Below are positions 37,646-51,655 of a DNA stretch of 64,000 nucleotides, in pieces. This stretch comes from Squalus acanthias. Its lineage: Eukaryota. The notes under the pieces were generated by a model that worked only from the letters and a program-made list of their open reading frames with translations, had not been told where the DNA came from and ran no database searches. The position numbers and the translations under genes were made by a program. The DNA is taken from positions 78,866,001-78,930,000 of the forward strand of contig CM059432.1 of assembly GCA_030390025.1 (NCBI GenBank). The letters are read 5' to 3'. Numbering within the stretch: the stretch's first letter is position 1; each line of letters opens with the position of its first letter.

Positions 37646-40600
37646 GATCCACATTTTTATCAGTTTTGTGATGCTACTCAGACCTCTGGATACCAACTTA
37701 TTCACTCTTACATCAACCTTCAAATGAGATGTGTGCAAGGCTGCTTTAAATATCCGCGCTGGAAATTAGTCATCGATGATGTCATCAGACTGCTCCATTT
37801 AATAGGGCCAGAAAATGCGCATGACTGGTTTAATTGGGCCATTAAGTAAAAGTCACACTGCTGAACGCACTGTTCACATCTTTGGGTCTCCGACCCGCGA
37901 CACAGCCCACACGTATGCAACATGACTCCAAGTTAAAGATTCCGGCCAATGAATCTATATATATGTAACCGTAATTGGGTTAATCTTCTACAGGCACCAA
38001 CAGCTCTCTGGTACCTGTCCAAGTGGCCATTCTTTTACGTGTGATCTTGGACTGTTAGTGTTAAGATGTTACTTGACTATATAGGCAATAGCAGGTAACA
38101 GCCGTGTCACAGGCGAGTCCCGGTCAAAACAGCTGGCAAAGTGGGTGAGTGGGAAAATCTGAGCAGTGAGCACTGTAGGAGAGGGGGTCAATGCCTTCTT
38201 CCTGCATGTTTTCTGAGTATGGGGCGATGATGCTGAAGAACAAGCACCTGTCCATTCTGACTGATTTGTTAATTTGGCTCACCAAATAGTATGGCACAAA
38301 CCGGAGATTAGGGTTAGGGTTAGGATCTTACCAACAACATATCCAGTAGAATGGACCCTGGATCCTTTGGGCCAATTTTCATTTTCAGTTCTAAATGGTT
38401 TAAAACTATTACAAATCTCGTCCAAAGGTGAAGTTAAAATAGCACTCAGTCCTCCAGTCTAATTCATATGCATAATTATTCACAGCACCAGGTACAAACT
38501 CAGATGGGTCAGGGGATGAAACACATGGTGGGAGAGGAAAACTGTAAGTCAAATTTAAAGGGCTATGGAAAATTAAAAGGGAGTATCATAATGGGAGGAC
38601 AAAAATTCAGAAAGCTTTTGGAAAGCCTTGAAAGACATCTCAATCCATCAGCAGCCATTGCCAAGGTTCAAGGGGCAGGAGATTAAGAAGTGGCAGGCAT
38701 AAATGTAGGGACAGGGAATCCTTGGTGTAAGCATGAGTCTGCGGATAAGTGGCACAGCAGCCCAACACCCAACCCCCTGTTTGATGAATAGTGAAGTGGA
38801 GGTGGTGCAGCATGTGCTGGTGGCAAGAAGGATGGCCCTCTGTACAACTCCACAGCACCATCCGCATAGGCAGCATTGCAGCAATCCCGCAAGGAGGTAC
38901 AGCCAGGTTTCAGGCCACAACTGAGTGTTGCTGTCCTTCCGTGTGCCATCTTCAGCTGCATGGTAGCCATACAGCAGATGGCATAGCTCAGCATCTGTCA
39001 TGCTGCTGACCCAGACCCAGAGAAGAATTCCCCATGTTCATTGGCACGTAGATGTGCCAGGGCCTGCAAAAGTGGTTGGTGTCATCTGGGCAATGCTGGC
39101 TATTGATCACCCTGGAATGACTTCTTTCATGAAGGATGATGTGATGTGATTGAGGTGCTTCTGAAGAACCATCCAGCATAACGGTTAGTCAGGCATTCAG
39201 ATATTAGAGCAAAGCCACCAGGGATCTGCTGGGACAGCTTCCTTTAGGAAACAAAGCTTCCAGCAGCACTACATCTGCTACCATCTTAGGGCCTAGGAAC
39301 AACTCCTCGAGCCTGTTCCACCATTCTATTAGATCATGGCTGGTCAGGGCAACTACAGATGGGCAATAAAGATGGCTTTGCCAATGTCACCCACGTCCCA
39401 TAAACAAATTAAAAAAATTAAAATGTCACCTCTCTTTGCAGGAGCGGGTGCTGACAGGGGTCGGGGTGCAGGGGTGGCACAGCGCACTTCTCCTGTGGCC
39501 TGACCTGCCTGGCATCTCTCCATAGGTCTTCCTCTTCTCCCAGACATGTCTGCTCAGAAACTTCCCATTAGAAAACACATTGGTCCCAATAAAGGGAACT
39601 GGGGGCAAAAAAATAATAATTAATGACAACTGGAATAAAGACACATGAAAGGGAGAGAAAACAAAGAAATTCCATAAATGTCCCAGAAATAGTCAGAAAG
39701 CACATACCTTCAAATTCTTTCCATTAAATAACCTCCCAGCAACCATGGACTCCAGGTTTCCTAGGTATGATGTGAAATTAGCGTCCAGCGCACCCACCAG
39801 CCATGGAATGGAGCGGGGCTTCCACATTCCATTTTGAATATGGTAATACTTCAGAAGAGAGCATCCAATGTCCACTCCAGGTCTGAACGGAGAGTTAAGT
39901 GGGGCAAATATTAGGTAGCAATCAGGTGGAACTGATTTTTGCCTAATTTTGCAATCTAGTATACTCCATCTGTACCTGAAAACAGAGGCAGATGGGGCAT
40001 AATGGATACAAAAGTCGACCCCTTTGTCTTTGGCAGCTTGCCTCCTCACCAAATGTCTCATCATCTCCCCCCACCTCTCAAATGATAATGGTATCTTTTA
40101 ATGTCGACTCTGAGGACATGATTTGAAGGGCAGTTGCCTCTGGAGATACAATTTTTATTAATTAAATTTGAACTGCCCATGAACCAGAGCTTCTTTTATA
40201 TTAATGCTTTTCCAGAAGACAGAGAAGCAATAAATCATTCATTTACTTCATGTGGTTCAAGTTATAGATGAACATTTTCCAGATCTTTACTAATTATTAT
40301 AGCCACACAGCCTGAAATTGTGAAAATTACTTATTATTTTATTTATTACAACATTGGTTAAAAAAAAACTTTACTTACCCTAATCTAAACAGTCAGAGGA
40401 CATGTTGTTGGTTGTACAGAGGTGTAATCCCTTTTTTGCCCATGTTAGCCTATCTGTTTAATATTGAGGTGGGGAGAAGGTTGTCTTTAGGAATCAATGA
40501 TCTTTTCTACTATGTGTTATTTTGTTCTAGCAGTGCATTTTAGACCACTGATACTTTTTTCTGCAGACTGTTCATCAAGAAATTTTTGCAAAACTTTGTT

Positions 40601-41790
40601 TATTTTGTTGACCACAATAGTCTCGTCCTTCTGCTAAAGGCATGCTTTGCTTTTGTGCCAAAATAAATATATTATGGTGTTTCTTATTACATATTTTGTG
40701 ACTCTCCTGCATACAGCACTTTCAAATATTTAACTGTATTTCTAACATGTGGTGTTCTTTTATTCTCTGGGTGTTGCTTTCATTATTATAGAAGGTGCCT
40801 TGGCTTAAGCATTTGAGACAGAAATTATTTTCTGCACAAACACATTTAGTTGCAAATGTTTCTTAGTAATCATTCAGAGCACTGCAATTATATATGGTAG
40901 TACTAACATTTGGATCATACAACAATTTTCAATCCTCTCTGGCTACAGGCATAGTGTTCGAGGACTGGAGGAGAGCTAACGTTTTACTGTTGTATAAAAA
41001 GGGAGAAAGGGATAGACTGAGTAATTACAGGTCAGTAAGCATAACCTCGGTGGTGGGCAAATTATTGGAACAAATTCTGAGGGATAGTATTAATCGTCAT
41101 TTAGAAAGGCACAGATTAATCAAGGACAGTCAGCATGGATTTGTTAAGGGAAGGTCGTGTCTGACTGACTTGATTGAATTTTTTGAGGAGGTAATAAGGA
41201 GGGTCAATGAGGGTAGCGCGTTTGATGTAGTCTCATGGATTTTAGCAAGGTTTTTGACAAGGTCCCACATGGCAGACTGGTCAGAAAAGTAAAAGCCCAT
41301 GGGATCCAAGGGAAAATGACAAGTTGGATCCAAAATTGGCTCAGTGGCAGGAAGCAAAGGGTAATGGTCGACGGGTGTTTTTGTGACTGGAAGGCTGTTT
41401 CCAGTGGGGTTCCGCCGGGCTCAGTACTAGGTTCTTTGCTTTTTGTGGTATATATAAATGATTTAGACTTCAATGTAAGGGGCATGATTAAGAAGTTTGC
41501 AGATGATACAAAAATTGGCCGTGTGGTTGATAGTGAGGAAGATAGCTGTAGACTGCAGGAAGGTATCAATGGACTGGTCAGGTGGGCAGAAAAGTGGCAA
41601 ATAGAATTCAATCCAGAGAAGTGTGAGGTAATGCATTTGGGGAGGGCTAACAAGGCAAGGGAATACACAATAAATGGTAGGATACTGAGAAGTCTAGAGG
41701 AACAGAGGGACCTTGGAGTACATGTCCACAGATCCCTGAAGGTAGCAGGACAAGTAGATAAGATGGTTAAAAAGGCATACGGAATACTTT

Positions 41791-42032
41791 TACAAAAGCA
41801 AAATACTGCGGATGCTGGAAACCTGAAATAAAAACAGAAAATGCTGGAAATACTCAGCATGTCAGGCAGCATCTGTGAAGAGAGAAACCGAGTTAACGTT
41901 TCAGGTCGATGACCCTTCGTCAGAACTGGACGCCAGTTCTGACGAAGGGTCATCAACTTGAAACATGAACTCTGTTTCTCTCTCCACAGATGCTGCCTGA
42001 CCTGCTGAGTATTTCCAGCATTTTCTGTTTTA
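41791..42032. mobile_element. Penelope-like palindromic insertion (family A) with two inverted hammerhead motifs
   Basis: 14-bp TSD ATACGGAATACTTT (41777-41790 and 42033-42046); inverted arms around a 7-bp spacer at 41928-41934. Confidence 0.78.
41891..41927 (-). ncRNA. Minimal type-I hammerhead ribozyme motif, core intact
   Basis: Minus strand reads AGTT CTGACGA A GGGTC ATC GACCT GAAA CG TT AACT: stem I AGTT/AACT, stem II GGGTC/GACCT, GUU triplet. Confidence 0.7.
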
Positions 42033-44232
42033 ATACGGAATACTTTCCTTTATTAGCCGAGGCATAGAATATAAAAGCAGGGAGGTTATGCTTGAACTGT
42101 ATAAAACACTAGTTAGGCCACAGCTAGAGTACTGCATGCAGTTCTGGTCACCACGTTATAGGAAAGATGTGATTGCACTAGAGAGGGTACAGAGGAGATT
42201 TACGTGGATGTTGCCAGGACTGGAGAATTTTAGCTATGAGGAAAGATTCGATAGGCTGGGGCTGTTTTCTTTCGAACAGAGATTTAATTGAGGTGTATAA
42301 AATTATGAGGGGCCGAGATAGAGTGGATAGGAAGGACCTATTCCCCTTAGCAGAGAGGTCAATAAGCAGGGGGCATAGATTTAAAGTAATATGTAGAAGG
42401 ATTAGAGGGGCGTTGAGGAGAAATGTTTTCACCCAGAGGGTGGTGGGGGTCTGGAACTCACTCCCTGAAAGGGTTGTAGAGGCAGAAACCCTCATCACAT
42501 TTAAGTAGTACTTGGATATGCACTTGAAGTGCCATAACCTACAAGGCTACGGACCAAGAACTGGAAAGTGGGGTTAGGGTGGATAGCTCTTTTACGACCA
42601 GTGAGGGCACGATGGGCCGAATGGCCTCCTTCTGTGTGGTAAACTTCTATGATTCTATGAACAGTGCCAGAAAAAGTAACTGATTCATAATATATAATTG
42701 TTTCATATAACAAGTTCTGTAAAAAAAAATCAAATTAGGCATACCAACTTAAATTGATAACTTGTAGCACTAGTGGCTCAATGGATTTAAATTCATAAAA
42801 TTAAAAATTAACTAAAGTTAATGCAATCAACAATCCTAATAATTGGTTAAATATTAATTTTAGTTCACTAATATTAACTATTTCCTACTGCGTTAAAGCC
42901 ACATTGAAAAATACAAAGTGGGGATAATACAGCTAAAATTACCCACTGCAGCTAGAGTGTGATTTTCTCCTCAGCAGTGAAATTACTAATGGTCTGAATA
43001 AAGGGCCCAATGAAACTTTTTAGGCTAAAAAGTGATTATATCCTTGCCATTAGCATTTACATATAAACAACTCATTTAACTTTCAGCCTAATTGACATTA
43101 TGTAAAAATAAATCACAACTGCTCTGCATTTAATTTTTAATCTTCCGTGGGAGGGAATTCCTTTTGATTTACTTGTCATTTGTACAATAGAAGGATAAAA
43201 AAAATCTCCATCTCAGTTAATGATGCCCCATCTGTTGAGAATACTCTGGCTGCTGAAACCCCCTCCCCCGACACACACAGTTACAAATTGACCAAAGCTA
43301 ATATTGATGGTTTTACTTACCTGCACTATGTACAAAGTATATGTAGCTAGCCTAGAAATTATAACGGATATTTAGGGTTATAGTGCATCATTAACAGCAA
43401 TGCAGCAATCTTCAACAACATTCATCTGATTATTTCACAATGATGAAAGATGAAGTAAATCATCTTTCTGTTAATAATACATAGAATTATGTACTAACTA
43501 TGAAGAAGACTAACATCGATCATCGTAATCAATAAACGGTACCAATTATTATATACTTCAAAACTTGGTGGTATTTTATATTACCTTATAAGGTACATTA
43601 AAAAGTATTTTCTATGTTTTGTCACATTGATAATAGTTTGCAAACACATAACTAAGAGCATTGTTTTTAATCAAAGAAGATGAAGTTCTGTAGTCACTAG
43701 AAGTGAAGATACTAAACACTGACAAGTCAACACTGTCTGGGAGGACTCTATTGGAAGCTATAGGTTGATGATGTCCTGACAATACTATGACTAAATATCA
43801 ATGTACAACACTTAGTAAGAAAACTAAGATATTCAACATCAGTTTATATAACAACACAAATAAGGTTTAAACAGCAATTTAATGCAAAATAATTCAGAAT
43901 AGTTACAGATTGATAAAAGCACTATGATTCAAGGTAATGCACCATTTATTTATTGATTAGACTTGATTGTGAAGTATCTATTGTTGGTTTATATGACATC
44001 AGGTTGTGATTTGATTTTATACTTGCAAATTGTGTAATTTTACTTATGTAACTGATCACTGACCACAGAATATACCTTGTGGTAAACAAATAAACAAATA
44101 CCCAAGGCCAGCCTGTCCCTGGTAGATTCCATTTGCACTGTGCATCAAAAATATGTTAGCTATTATTGTTGTCTTTAAACCCACTTCTTTGTTTAGTAAA
44201 AATATTTCTGTAACAAATAATATTTAGGATGA

Positions 44233-44311
44233 CAAAAGACGAAATACTGCAGATGCTGGAAATCTGAAATATAAACAGAAAATGCTGGAAATACTCAGCA
44301 GGCCAGGCAGC
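44233..44311. mobile_element. Truncated family A Penelope-like insertion without ribozyme
   Basis: Same sequence as 41791-41870; 13-bp TSD ATATTTAGGATGA. Confidence 0.7.
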
Positions 44312-45051
44312 ATATTTAGGATGATTCATTTAAGGAGTAACAATAATAGATTTTCACTGATGTCTCTTTTATTTGGCTATTTCATGCATTTTTTAATTTG
44401 AAATTTTTTATATGTATTGCAAAAAGTAAATGAAATGGGAGTTTTACCTTTGGGTTAGAGATAATTAATGAATTCTGATTGAGCTTTATATTAATAGTAT
44501 TCACAGAAAGACAGATGGAGCTAATGGGAATTCTAATGAAGAGTATGGGATGGTAGACAGGATCAGCATTTTGTCCCTGCGGCCCAGATAAGCAGGAACG
44601 ACTGGATTAAACCTCTTCACTTCAAGTTCACAGAACTCAGTCAACACTCGCAGTCATATCAGAGAGGTAACTGGAAATGCACCAGGTTTCCAGCTGTAAT
44701 GATGATGGTTTGGACGTCTTCACCACTGTCCTCTCCCCTAAAGGTGAGGAGTTAGTAAGTAAATCTCACAGACTTGATGGTTACCGATATTTTATATGCA
44801 GATCCTGCATTAAAGACTGAGACTACAGCAGTGGTTCAGTGCTTTATTCTTGCGATGCTTTGATCTATGAAATGTAATGTTATCCTGACTGGTGATTAAT
44901 TCCAGCTCTTATTCACTCATCTGCAGCACGCAATCCTGACAGATGCAAGCATATTGACTCAAAACGTGTGAGGCACAAGACGGTAAGATAAATCATTTTT
45001 GTGAATTATTTTCTCAAAACCTAGTAAATTATCTAATGTACTATGTGCTAA

Positions 45052-45215
45052 GAGTCATAGAGTCATAACGGCACAGAAGGAGGCCATTCGGCCCATCGTG
45101 TCCGTGCCGGCTCTCTGTGGAGCAATCCAGTCAGTCCCATTCCCCCGCTCTATCCCCGTAGCCCTGCAAGTTTATTTCCCTCAAGTGCCTATCCAGTCTC
45201 CCCTTGAAAACATTG
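45052..45215 (-). mobile_element. CR1 3' tail remnant
   Basis: gagtcatagagtcata..ggccattcggcccatcgtgtccgtgc, as at 3280-3330. Confidence 0.7.
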
Positions 45216-46484
45216 AGTGTCTAAATGTGTGTGCAAATGTGTGTGTGTTATTCATACATATATAAAGTGAATCGTGTTCTATTCAAACAAGTTTTGTCAC
45301 CATAAGTGTATGTTTATGCTGTATGTACAGTGTCAACATGCAGTGTTTACCACTGTCAAGGAAATTCATGAGCTGTTGGTGTTGAATGCTAAATCACAGT
45401 GATCAAGCCTAATGAGCCATTACATCCATTGCAACTAAACCCTTTTCCTGACAGGAACCCACATTGAAGGTTCAAACAATAAGCCTTGTGATTGACACCA
45501 ACTGGTGTTTGAGGTTTGAGGTTTGCTTGTACTGCTGTGCTGTCTTGTTACCTTTTGTATAATTAATGACATTTCACTTCCATGGGGCACTCTGTGAATA
45601 AAATCGATGTAACCACATGTGAACCAGCCTTTGGTCTAAACCTCAAGAAATTGAAAAACATTTTCAAAAATTGCACCTTTTTTCTTTCATATAAAGCCTC
45701 AAAAAGGATTCTTATTAGATCTCTAATGACAGGCATCCGAAAGTAAGCATTCAAGAATGGTGGAGAATTAAATAAAATGTGAAGTTCACAATAATGCTTT
45801 CTAACTAAACTGAAAAACTAATCTTGTAGTTTTAATTTTATCAAATAAAAGGTTATGGCTGTTGTCAAAGGATTGATTGATTATATTTTGAATAAATTAT
45901 CCAGCCAGCTGATTAACAAAATAGAATCCAGAGCAGCTTCGCACTTGTAAGGATACAACTTCAAGGGGTAAACACTATAATAACAACAACAACTTGTATT
46001 TATATAGCACTTTTAACGTAGTAAAACATCCAAAGACACTTCACGGCCCATTATGTTTACATACCGATATAAGAGAAAAGATATATCCAAGCATTGCCCA
46101 GACATTACAACTGACAGAATTTACAATTTACCATTTACGAAGCTTGGCTCTGGTGTGATCTCTATGCACATCACAACACAGTTTCATTGATTATGGATGA
46201 ATTGTCCATATAGAGACTGTGATCCACATTCAGTGACTCCCTACTGCATCCATGCAACAGCAGATGTTCCGTGAAGTAACATCATTTCCATAATTATTTT
46301 ATATGCATGAAACTAGGTCAGTAACACAAACAGCCTATTGAATAATTACAGCCTTTGATAGGTGACTAAAATGGCCCTGCAGTTCTCTGTCAGTATAGGA
46401 AAAGGCAGTGGCACTTAATAAGACCAGAAGGTTTCCTCAGTTCCCCTGAGTACCAAAAGATTAAGGCCCCTGATGCAATACATT

Positions 46485-47962
46485 GGCCTGGATTTTGCAG
46501 TAGGAATAACGGTGAGGATATCAGCGCTCACCGTTATTATGGAGTAAATCGGAGAGCAACTTCCGGCGTCCGCACATGTGCATTTAAACGCGGAAATCAG
46601 GAAGTTGCTGTCCGATTTGCCCTGCTCCTCCACAAGCCTCACCGAGAGATTCGGCATTAAAATACATGAAGGGCATGAATTTGCGGTACTTACCCACTAG
46701 TTACCCACTAAACACGCCAGAAAATGTTAGGGCTTGTCCATTCAAGTGTAAGTGAATTTTTAACGGCGTGATAAGTCTTAATTACTACTAAACATCCTCT
46801 CTGGCACTGAAAATTTACTTTTACAAGTGTGGAGTCTCATTCCTTCAGATTTTAATTATTGTTGGAGATTTTATAAAAATTAAAATAAAAACTTTTTTTT
46901 TACATTTTCTTTCTCTTTTTTCTCTCTCTCTTAATCTCATCCTTCTTTCCCTCTATTTATTATGCTTTCTGTACATGATTTTACATTGAACTACATATTC
47001 AAACTTACACTTCCTGGCTTCGACTCTGCAGGTGAATTTTAACCACCAAAAATGGGTGGGTTGATGTCGGGCGAAATATAAAAATTTTAAAACTCTGAAA
47101 CCTAACTGCAACCCGCCTCCAACCCGACCACTTCCAGGTTTAACGGAGGTGGTACAGGAGGCGGGTTAGCTATTTAAATGTTATAATGAGGCTGGGAGCC
47201 TCACATTTAACTTCCCTTACAGGTTCAACACCGGCCGGCCGGGATTCCGGGGTCTTAGGGAACCCTGCAGCTCAAAGGAGGTGAGGACAGCTTCAGGGAA
47301 AAGGTAAGTGCCCTTACAGCACTGCTTGCTGGCCAGGAGGAACAGGAGTGCTTCCTCTCGGCCCCCAAGCTACCTTCTTCCCTGCCATCAGATTCCCCTC
47401 CCCTGCCATCTGACCTCCCATCCAAAGACCCCCCCCCCCCCCCACCACCTCCAATCAGGGACTGGAACCCCGGGTCAGAGATTGGACCTGCCCGGGATCG
47501 GACCACCTGGGATTAGCGCTCAAGAACCCCCCCCGCTTCCACTAGCAGCTGTAGGCTCCTTACCTGCAGCTTCAGCCTGCTCCAGAGTGCTCCCTGCCCG
47601 ACTAGAAGTCAAGCCTGTCAATCAGGCTGACTTCCGGGCGGGGATTCTGTCAAAGGAAATACTCACACAGCATCCGCTGTCCGAAACCACCGCCCGCCCC
47701 CCAGCTCGGTAATCCCGCCCCTGTCAATATCGGGGCCTGTGTGTCTCATAAGGATTCTTCAATCTAATTGGTTGAAGAGACACGATGCTGCTTTCCCTGC
47801 TCACATAGGTCCCAGATGTCCTGTAAATGAAATGGCCAAGCTGAAAAGGCTCTCTAATTACCGTAAGTTGTCACGCGAAAGCCCACTAACTTTCTGTGGG
47901 CAGCTGTAAGCGTAATGAACGGTGAGCACCGTTTGTTCGCTGCTGACCGCAATATCTGGGCC
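46485..47962. mobile_element. Harbinger-type MITE containing a probable nested MITE (about 47029-47737)
   Basis: Termini GGCCTGGATTTTGC versus revcomp GGCCCAGATATTGC with exact TSD ATT. The inner element ends aatatcggggcc and has cccgcc subterminal motifs. Confidence 0.75.
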
Positions 47963-48822
47963 ATTGTCACATGCTGATCCTGAGGATTGTGTAGTGGCCA
48001 TAGAGATTTGGTATTAATAGATCACAGATAATTCTCAGAATGTGCCAGGAGTTCACATTGTTAATATTTTGGAAAATATTTAACAGGTATATGTTTTTAT
48101 ATAACCAAATGTATTCCAACTACAAAGAGTCCTGAATGATGGGCTGGATTTTATATCCATTCATAGTAAATGGACAGAAAATCTATTGGCCCCAATTTTC
48201 CTCCCTCTCTCACTCCAGTTTAAGTTGGATGACGATCTTAACACAGGCGCTTGAACTTGGCTGAACCAGTTTACTGGGTTCAGCTGTTTTAAATATTTTG
48301 GGCGAATGCCAGGCAGGACTGGCACCTGAGAATCGTCCCTCATTCAAATAAGCCCCAGAAAATGGAGTGGTAATATTGAGGACTGCTGATTGCTGCCATG
48401 TACAGTGACCAGATAGCTCCAGCTAGGCCTCCTTGCTGGTACCAAAAAATGTAGAACTTGCCTTACTGGGTGTTCAAATGGGGTTGTTGGCAGCCCATGT
48501 TTTAGATCCTCTGATGTGAAGGGGCTGTCTGGCTGACAACCATTGATGCCCACTTTTTCTGGACAGTGGCAGGGGGGAAATCCTGGAAAATGACACAGAG
48601 GTGATGTAACGTGACTCCCGCATCACTTACATAAATTTTGAATGCATGTCCCAGGCATGGGTCCTTTTATAAAAACAGAAAATGCTGGAAATACTCAGCA
48701 GGTCAGGCAGCATCTGTGGAGAGAGAAACAGAGTTAATGGGGGCAATTTTCCCAGCCCTGAGGAGGCGGGTTTGGAGGCGGGAAAGTTGGGAAAATCGCA
48801 AAAATTGAGGGCGGGTTCGGAA

Positions 48823-51579
48823 CTGGGAACTGAATGTTCCAGGGTACTCAACATTTAGGAAGGACAGACAAAAAGGAAAAGGAGGTGGCGTAGTGCTGTT
48901 AATAAGGGATGAGATTGGTACGGTAGAGATAAAAGATCTTGGCTTGGCAGATCGTGATGTAGAACTGGAATCAGTTTGGGTGGAGCTAAGAAAGAGCAAA
49001 GGGCGGAAAACATTGGTGGCAGTTGTGTATAGGCCACCAAACAGTAGTGGTAATGTAGGGCACAGTATCAATCAAGAGATTAGAAGTGCATGTAACAAGG
49101 GCAATACGGTAATCATGGGGGACTTTAATCTACATATTGACTGGGCAAATCAAATTACCACTAATGGTGTGGAGGACGAATTCTTGGAATGCATGCAAGA
49201 TGGTTTCCTGGATCAGTATGTGGAGGAACCAACCAGGGAACAGGCTATTCTGGATCTGGTACTGTGTAATGAGAAAGAGCTAATCAATAATCTTGTGGTA
49301 AAGGGGCCTTTAGAGACAAGTGATCATAATATGATTGAATTTTACATTAAATTTGAGAGTGATGTAGTCCAATCTGAAACTAAGGTCTTCAATCTAAACA
49401 GAGGAAACTACAAAGGTATGAGGGACAAGTTGGCCATGGTAGATTGGGAGACTACACTAAAAGGTATGAAGGTGGGCATACAATGGCTAACATTCAAGGA
49501 AATAATGCATAATTTGCAACAAACATATATTCCTCTAGGGCATAAAAACCCAAAAGGAAAAGTGATCCAACCATGGCTAACAAAAGAAATTAAAGCTCGT
49601 ATTAAGTCAAAGGAGGAAGCTTATAAAGTTGCCAGAAAAAGCGGTCATCCTGAGGATTGGGATCTTTTTAGAAATCAGCAAAGGGGGACCAAGAAATTGA
49701 TAAAGAAAGGGAAAATGGAATATGAGCACAAACTAGCGAAAAATATAAAAACGGATTGTAAAAGTTTCTATAGGTATGTGAAAAGGAAAAGACTGGCGAA
49801 GGTAAATGTAGGTCCTTTACAGTCAGAGATGGGAGAATTTATAATGGGGAATGAGGAAATGGCAGGGAAATTAAATAAATACTTTGTTTCTGTCTTCACT
49901 GAGGAAGACACAAAAAACCTCCCAGAAATACGAGAAAACCAAGGGTGTGACGAGAATGAGGAACTTAAAGAAATTATTATTAGTAAAAAAACAGTACCAG
50001 CAAAATTAATGGGATTAAAAGTCGATAAATCCCAAGGACCGGATGACCTACATCCTAGGGTTTTGAAAGAGGCGGCCATTGGAATATTGGACGCTTTGGT
50101 TGTCATCTTCCAAAATTCTATAGATTCTGGAACGGTTCCTGCAGATTGGAGGATAACAAATGCAACACTGCTATTTAAGAAAGGGCCTCACATCAGTAGT
50201 TGGGAAAATGCTGGAATCTATTATAAAGGATGCAATAACTGGGCACTTAGAAGCTAATAGTAAGATTGGGCAGAGTCAACATGGATTTATGAAAGGGAAA
50301 TCCTGTTTGACAAACCTATTGGAGTTATTTGAGGATGTAACTAGTGGAGTAGACAAAGGGGAACCGGTAGATGTGGTGTATCTGGATTTTCAGAAGGCCT
50401 TCGATAAGGTCCCACACAAGAGGTTGGTGAACAAAATTAGGGCACATGGAATTGGGGGTAATATACTAGCATGGATTTAGAATTGGTTAACAGACAGAAA
50501 ACAAAGAGTAGGGATAAACGGGTCTTTTTCAGGATGGCAGGCTGTGACTAGTGGGGTACCGCAAGGATCGGTGCTTGGGCCCCAGCTATTCACAATCTAT
50601 ATCAATGATTTAGATGAGGGGGCTAAATGTAACATTTCCAAATTTGCTGATGATACAAAGCTAGGTGGCAGTGTCAGTTGTGAAGAGGATGTGAAGAGGC
50701 TTCAAGGGGATCTCGACAGGCTCAGTGAGTGGGCGAGAACATGGCTGATGGAATATAATGTGGATAAATGTGAAGTTATCCACTTTGGTAGACAAAACAG
50801 AAAGGCAGAGTATTTCCTAAATGGTGAAAGATTGGGGAATGCAGATGCTCAAAGGGACCTGGGTGTCCTTGAACATGAGTCACTGAAAGTGAATGTGCAG
50901 GTGCAGCAAGCCATTCGGAAGGCAAATGGTATGCTGGCCTTCATTACAAGAGGATTTGAGTACAGGAGTAAAGAAGTCTTACTCCAATTATATAGGGCCT
51001 TGGTGAGACCACACCTGGAGTACTGTGTACAATTTTGGTCTCCTTACCTAAGGAAGGATAGACTTGCCATAGAGGGAGTGCAACGAAGGTTCACGAGATT
51101 GATTCCTGGGATGGCGGGACTGTCATATGAGAAGAGATTGAGTAAACTAGGCCTGTATTCTCTTGAATTCAGAAGAATGAGAGGGGATCTCATTGAAGCA
51201 TACAAAATTATTACAGGGCTTGATAGGATGGATGCTGGGAGAATGTTTCCCTTAGCTGGGGAGTCTAGAACCAGGGGCCACAGCCTCAAGATAAAGGGTA
51301 GGCCACACAGGACTGAGATGAGAAGAAATTTCTTCACACAGAGGGTGGTGAACCTTTGGAATTCTCTACCCCAGAGGACTGTGGAGGCTCAGTCATTGGG
51401 TATATTCAAAACAGAAGTCGATAGATTTCTGACTAGTAAGGGCATCAAGGGATATGGCGATAGGGCCGATGAATGGAGTTGAGGCAGAAGATCAGCCATG
51501 ATCTCATTGAATGGCGGAGCAGGCTCGAAGGGCCGAATGGCCTACTCCTGCTCCTATTTCTTATGTTCTTATGTTCTTA
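48823..51579 (+). mobile_element. CR1 LINE, about 2.75 kb of ORF2 (APE + RT) with few disablements
   Basis: ORFs 48893-50257, 50160-50480 and 50544-51482: VYRPPN, MGDFN, SDHNMI, QHGFMKGKSCLTNL, DFQKAFDKVPH, GVPQGSVLGP, FADDTKLG; tail (ttcttatg)n. Confidence 0.95.
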
Positions 51580-51655
51580 ACAGCAGCAACAGCAGCAGGA
51601 GAGCCAACCTGCTGCTCACCCACCTGATGGTGCACAGGGCAGAAGGCGCCAGCGC

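Larger units (their letters stand above)
33972..37947 (+). mobile_element. PIF/Harbinger transposon copy 2, full length (3976 bp), decayed
   Basis: TIR GGCCGGAATTTT versus revcomp GGCCGGAATCTT; flanks tat/aat; convergent transposase and Myb genes. Confidence 0.9.
40925..42660 (+). mobile_element. CR1 LINE RT and 3' end, interrupted by a Penelope-like insertion
   Basis: NYRSVSITSVVGK, QHGFVKGRSCLT, DFSKVFDKVPH, GVPPGSVLG, FADDTKIG, LVRPQLEY; tail ttctatgattctatga. Confidence 0.92.

Noticed and set aside
41204..41956. 250-aa minus-strand ORF and similar antisense ORFs over LINEs
   Set aside because: Shadow frames of CR1 ORF2 and of the palindromic insert, with no independent protein features.
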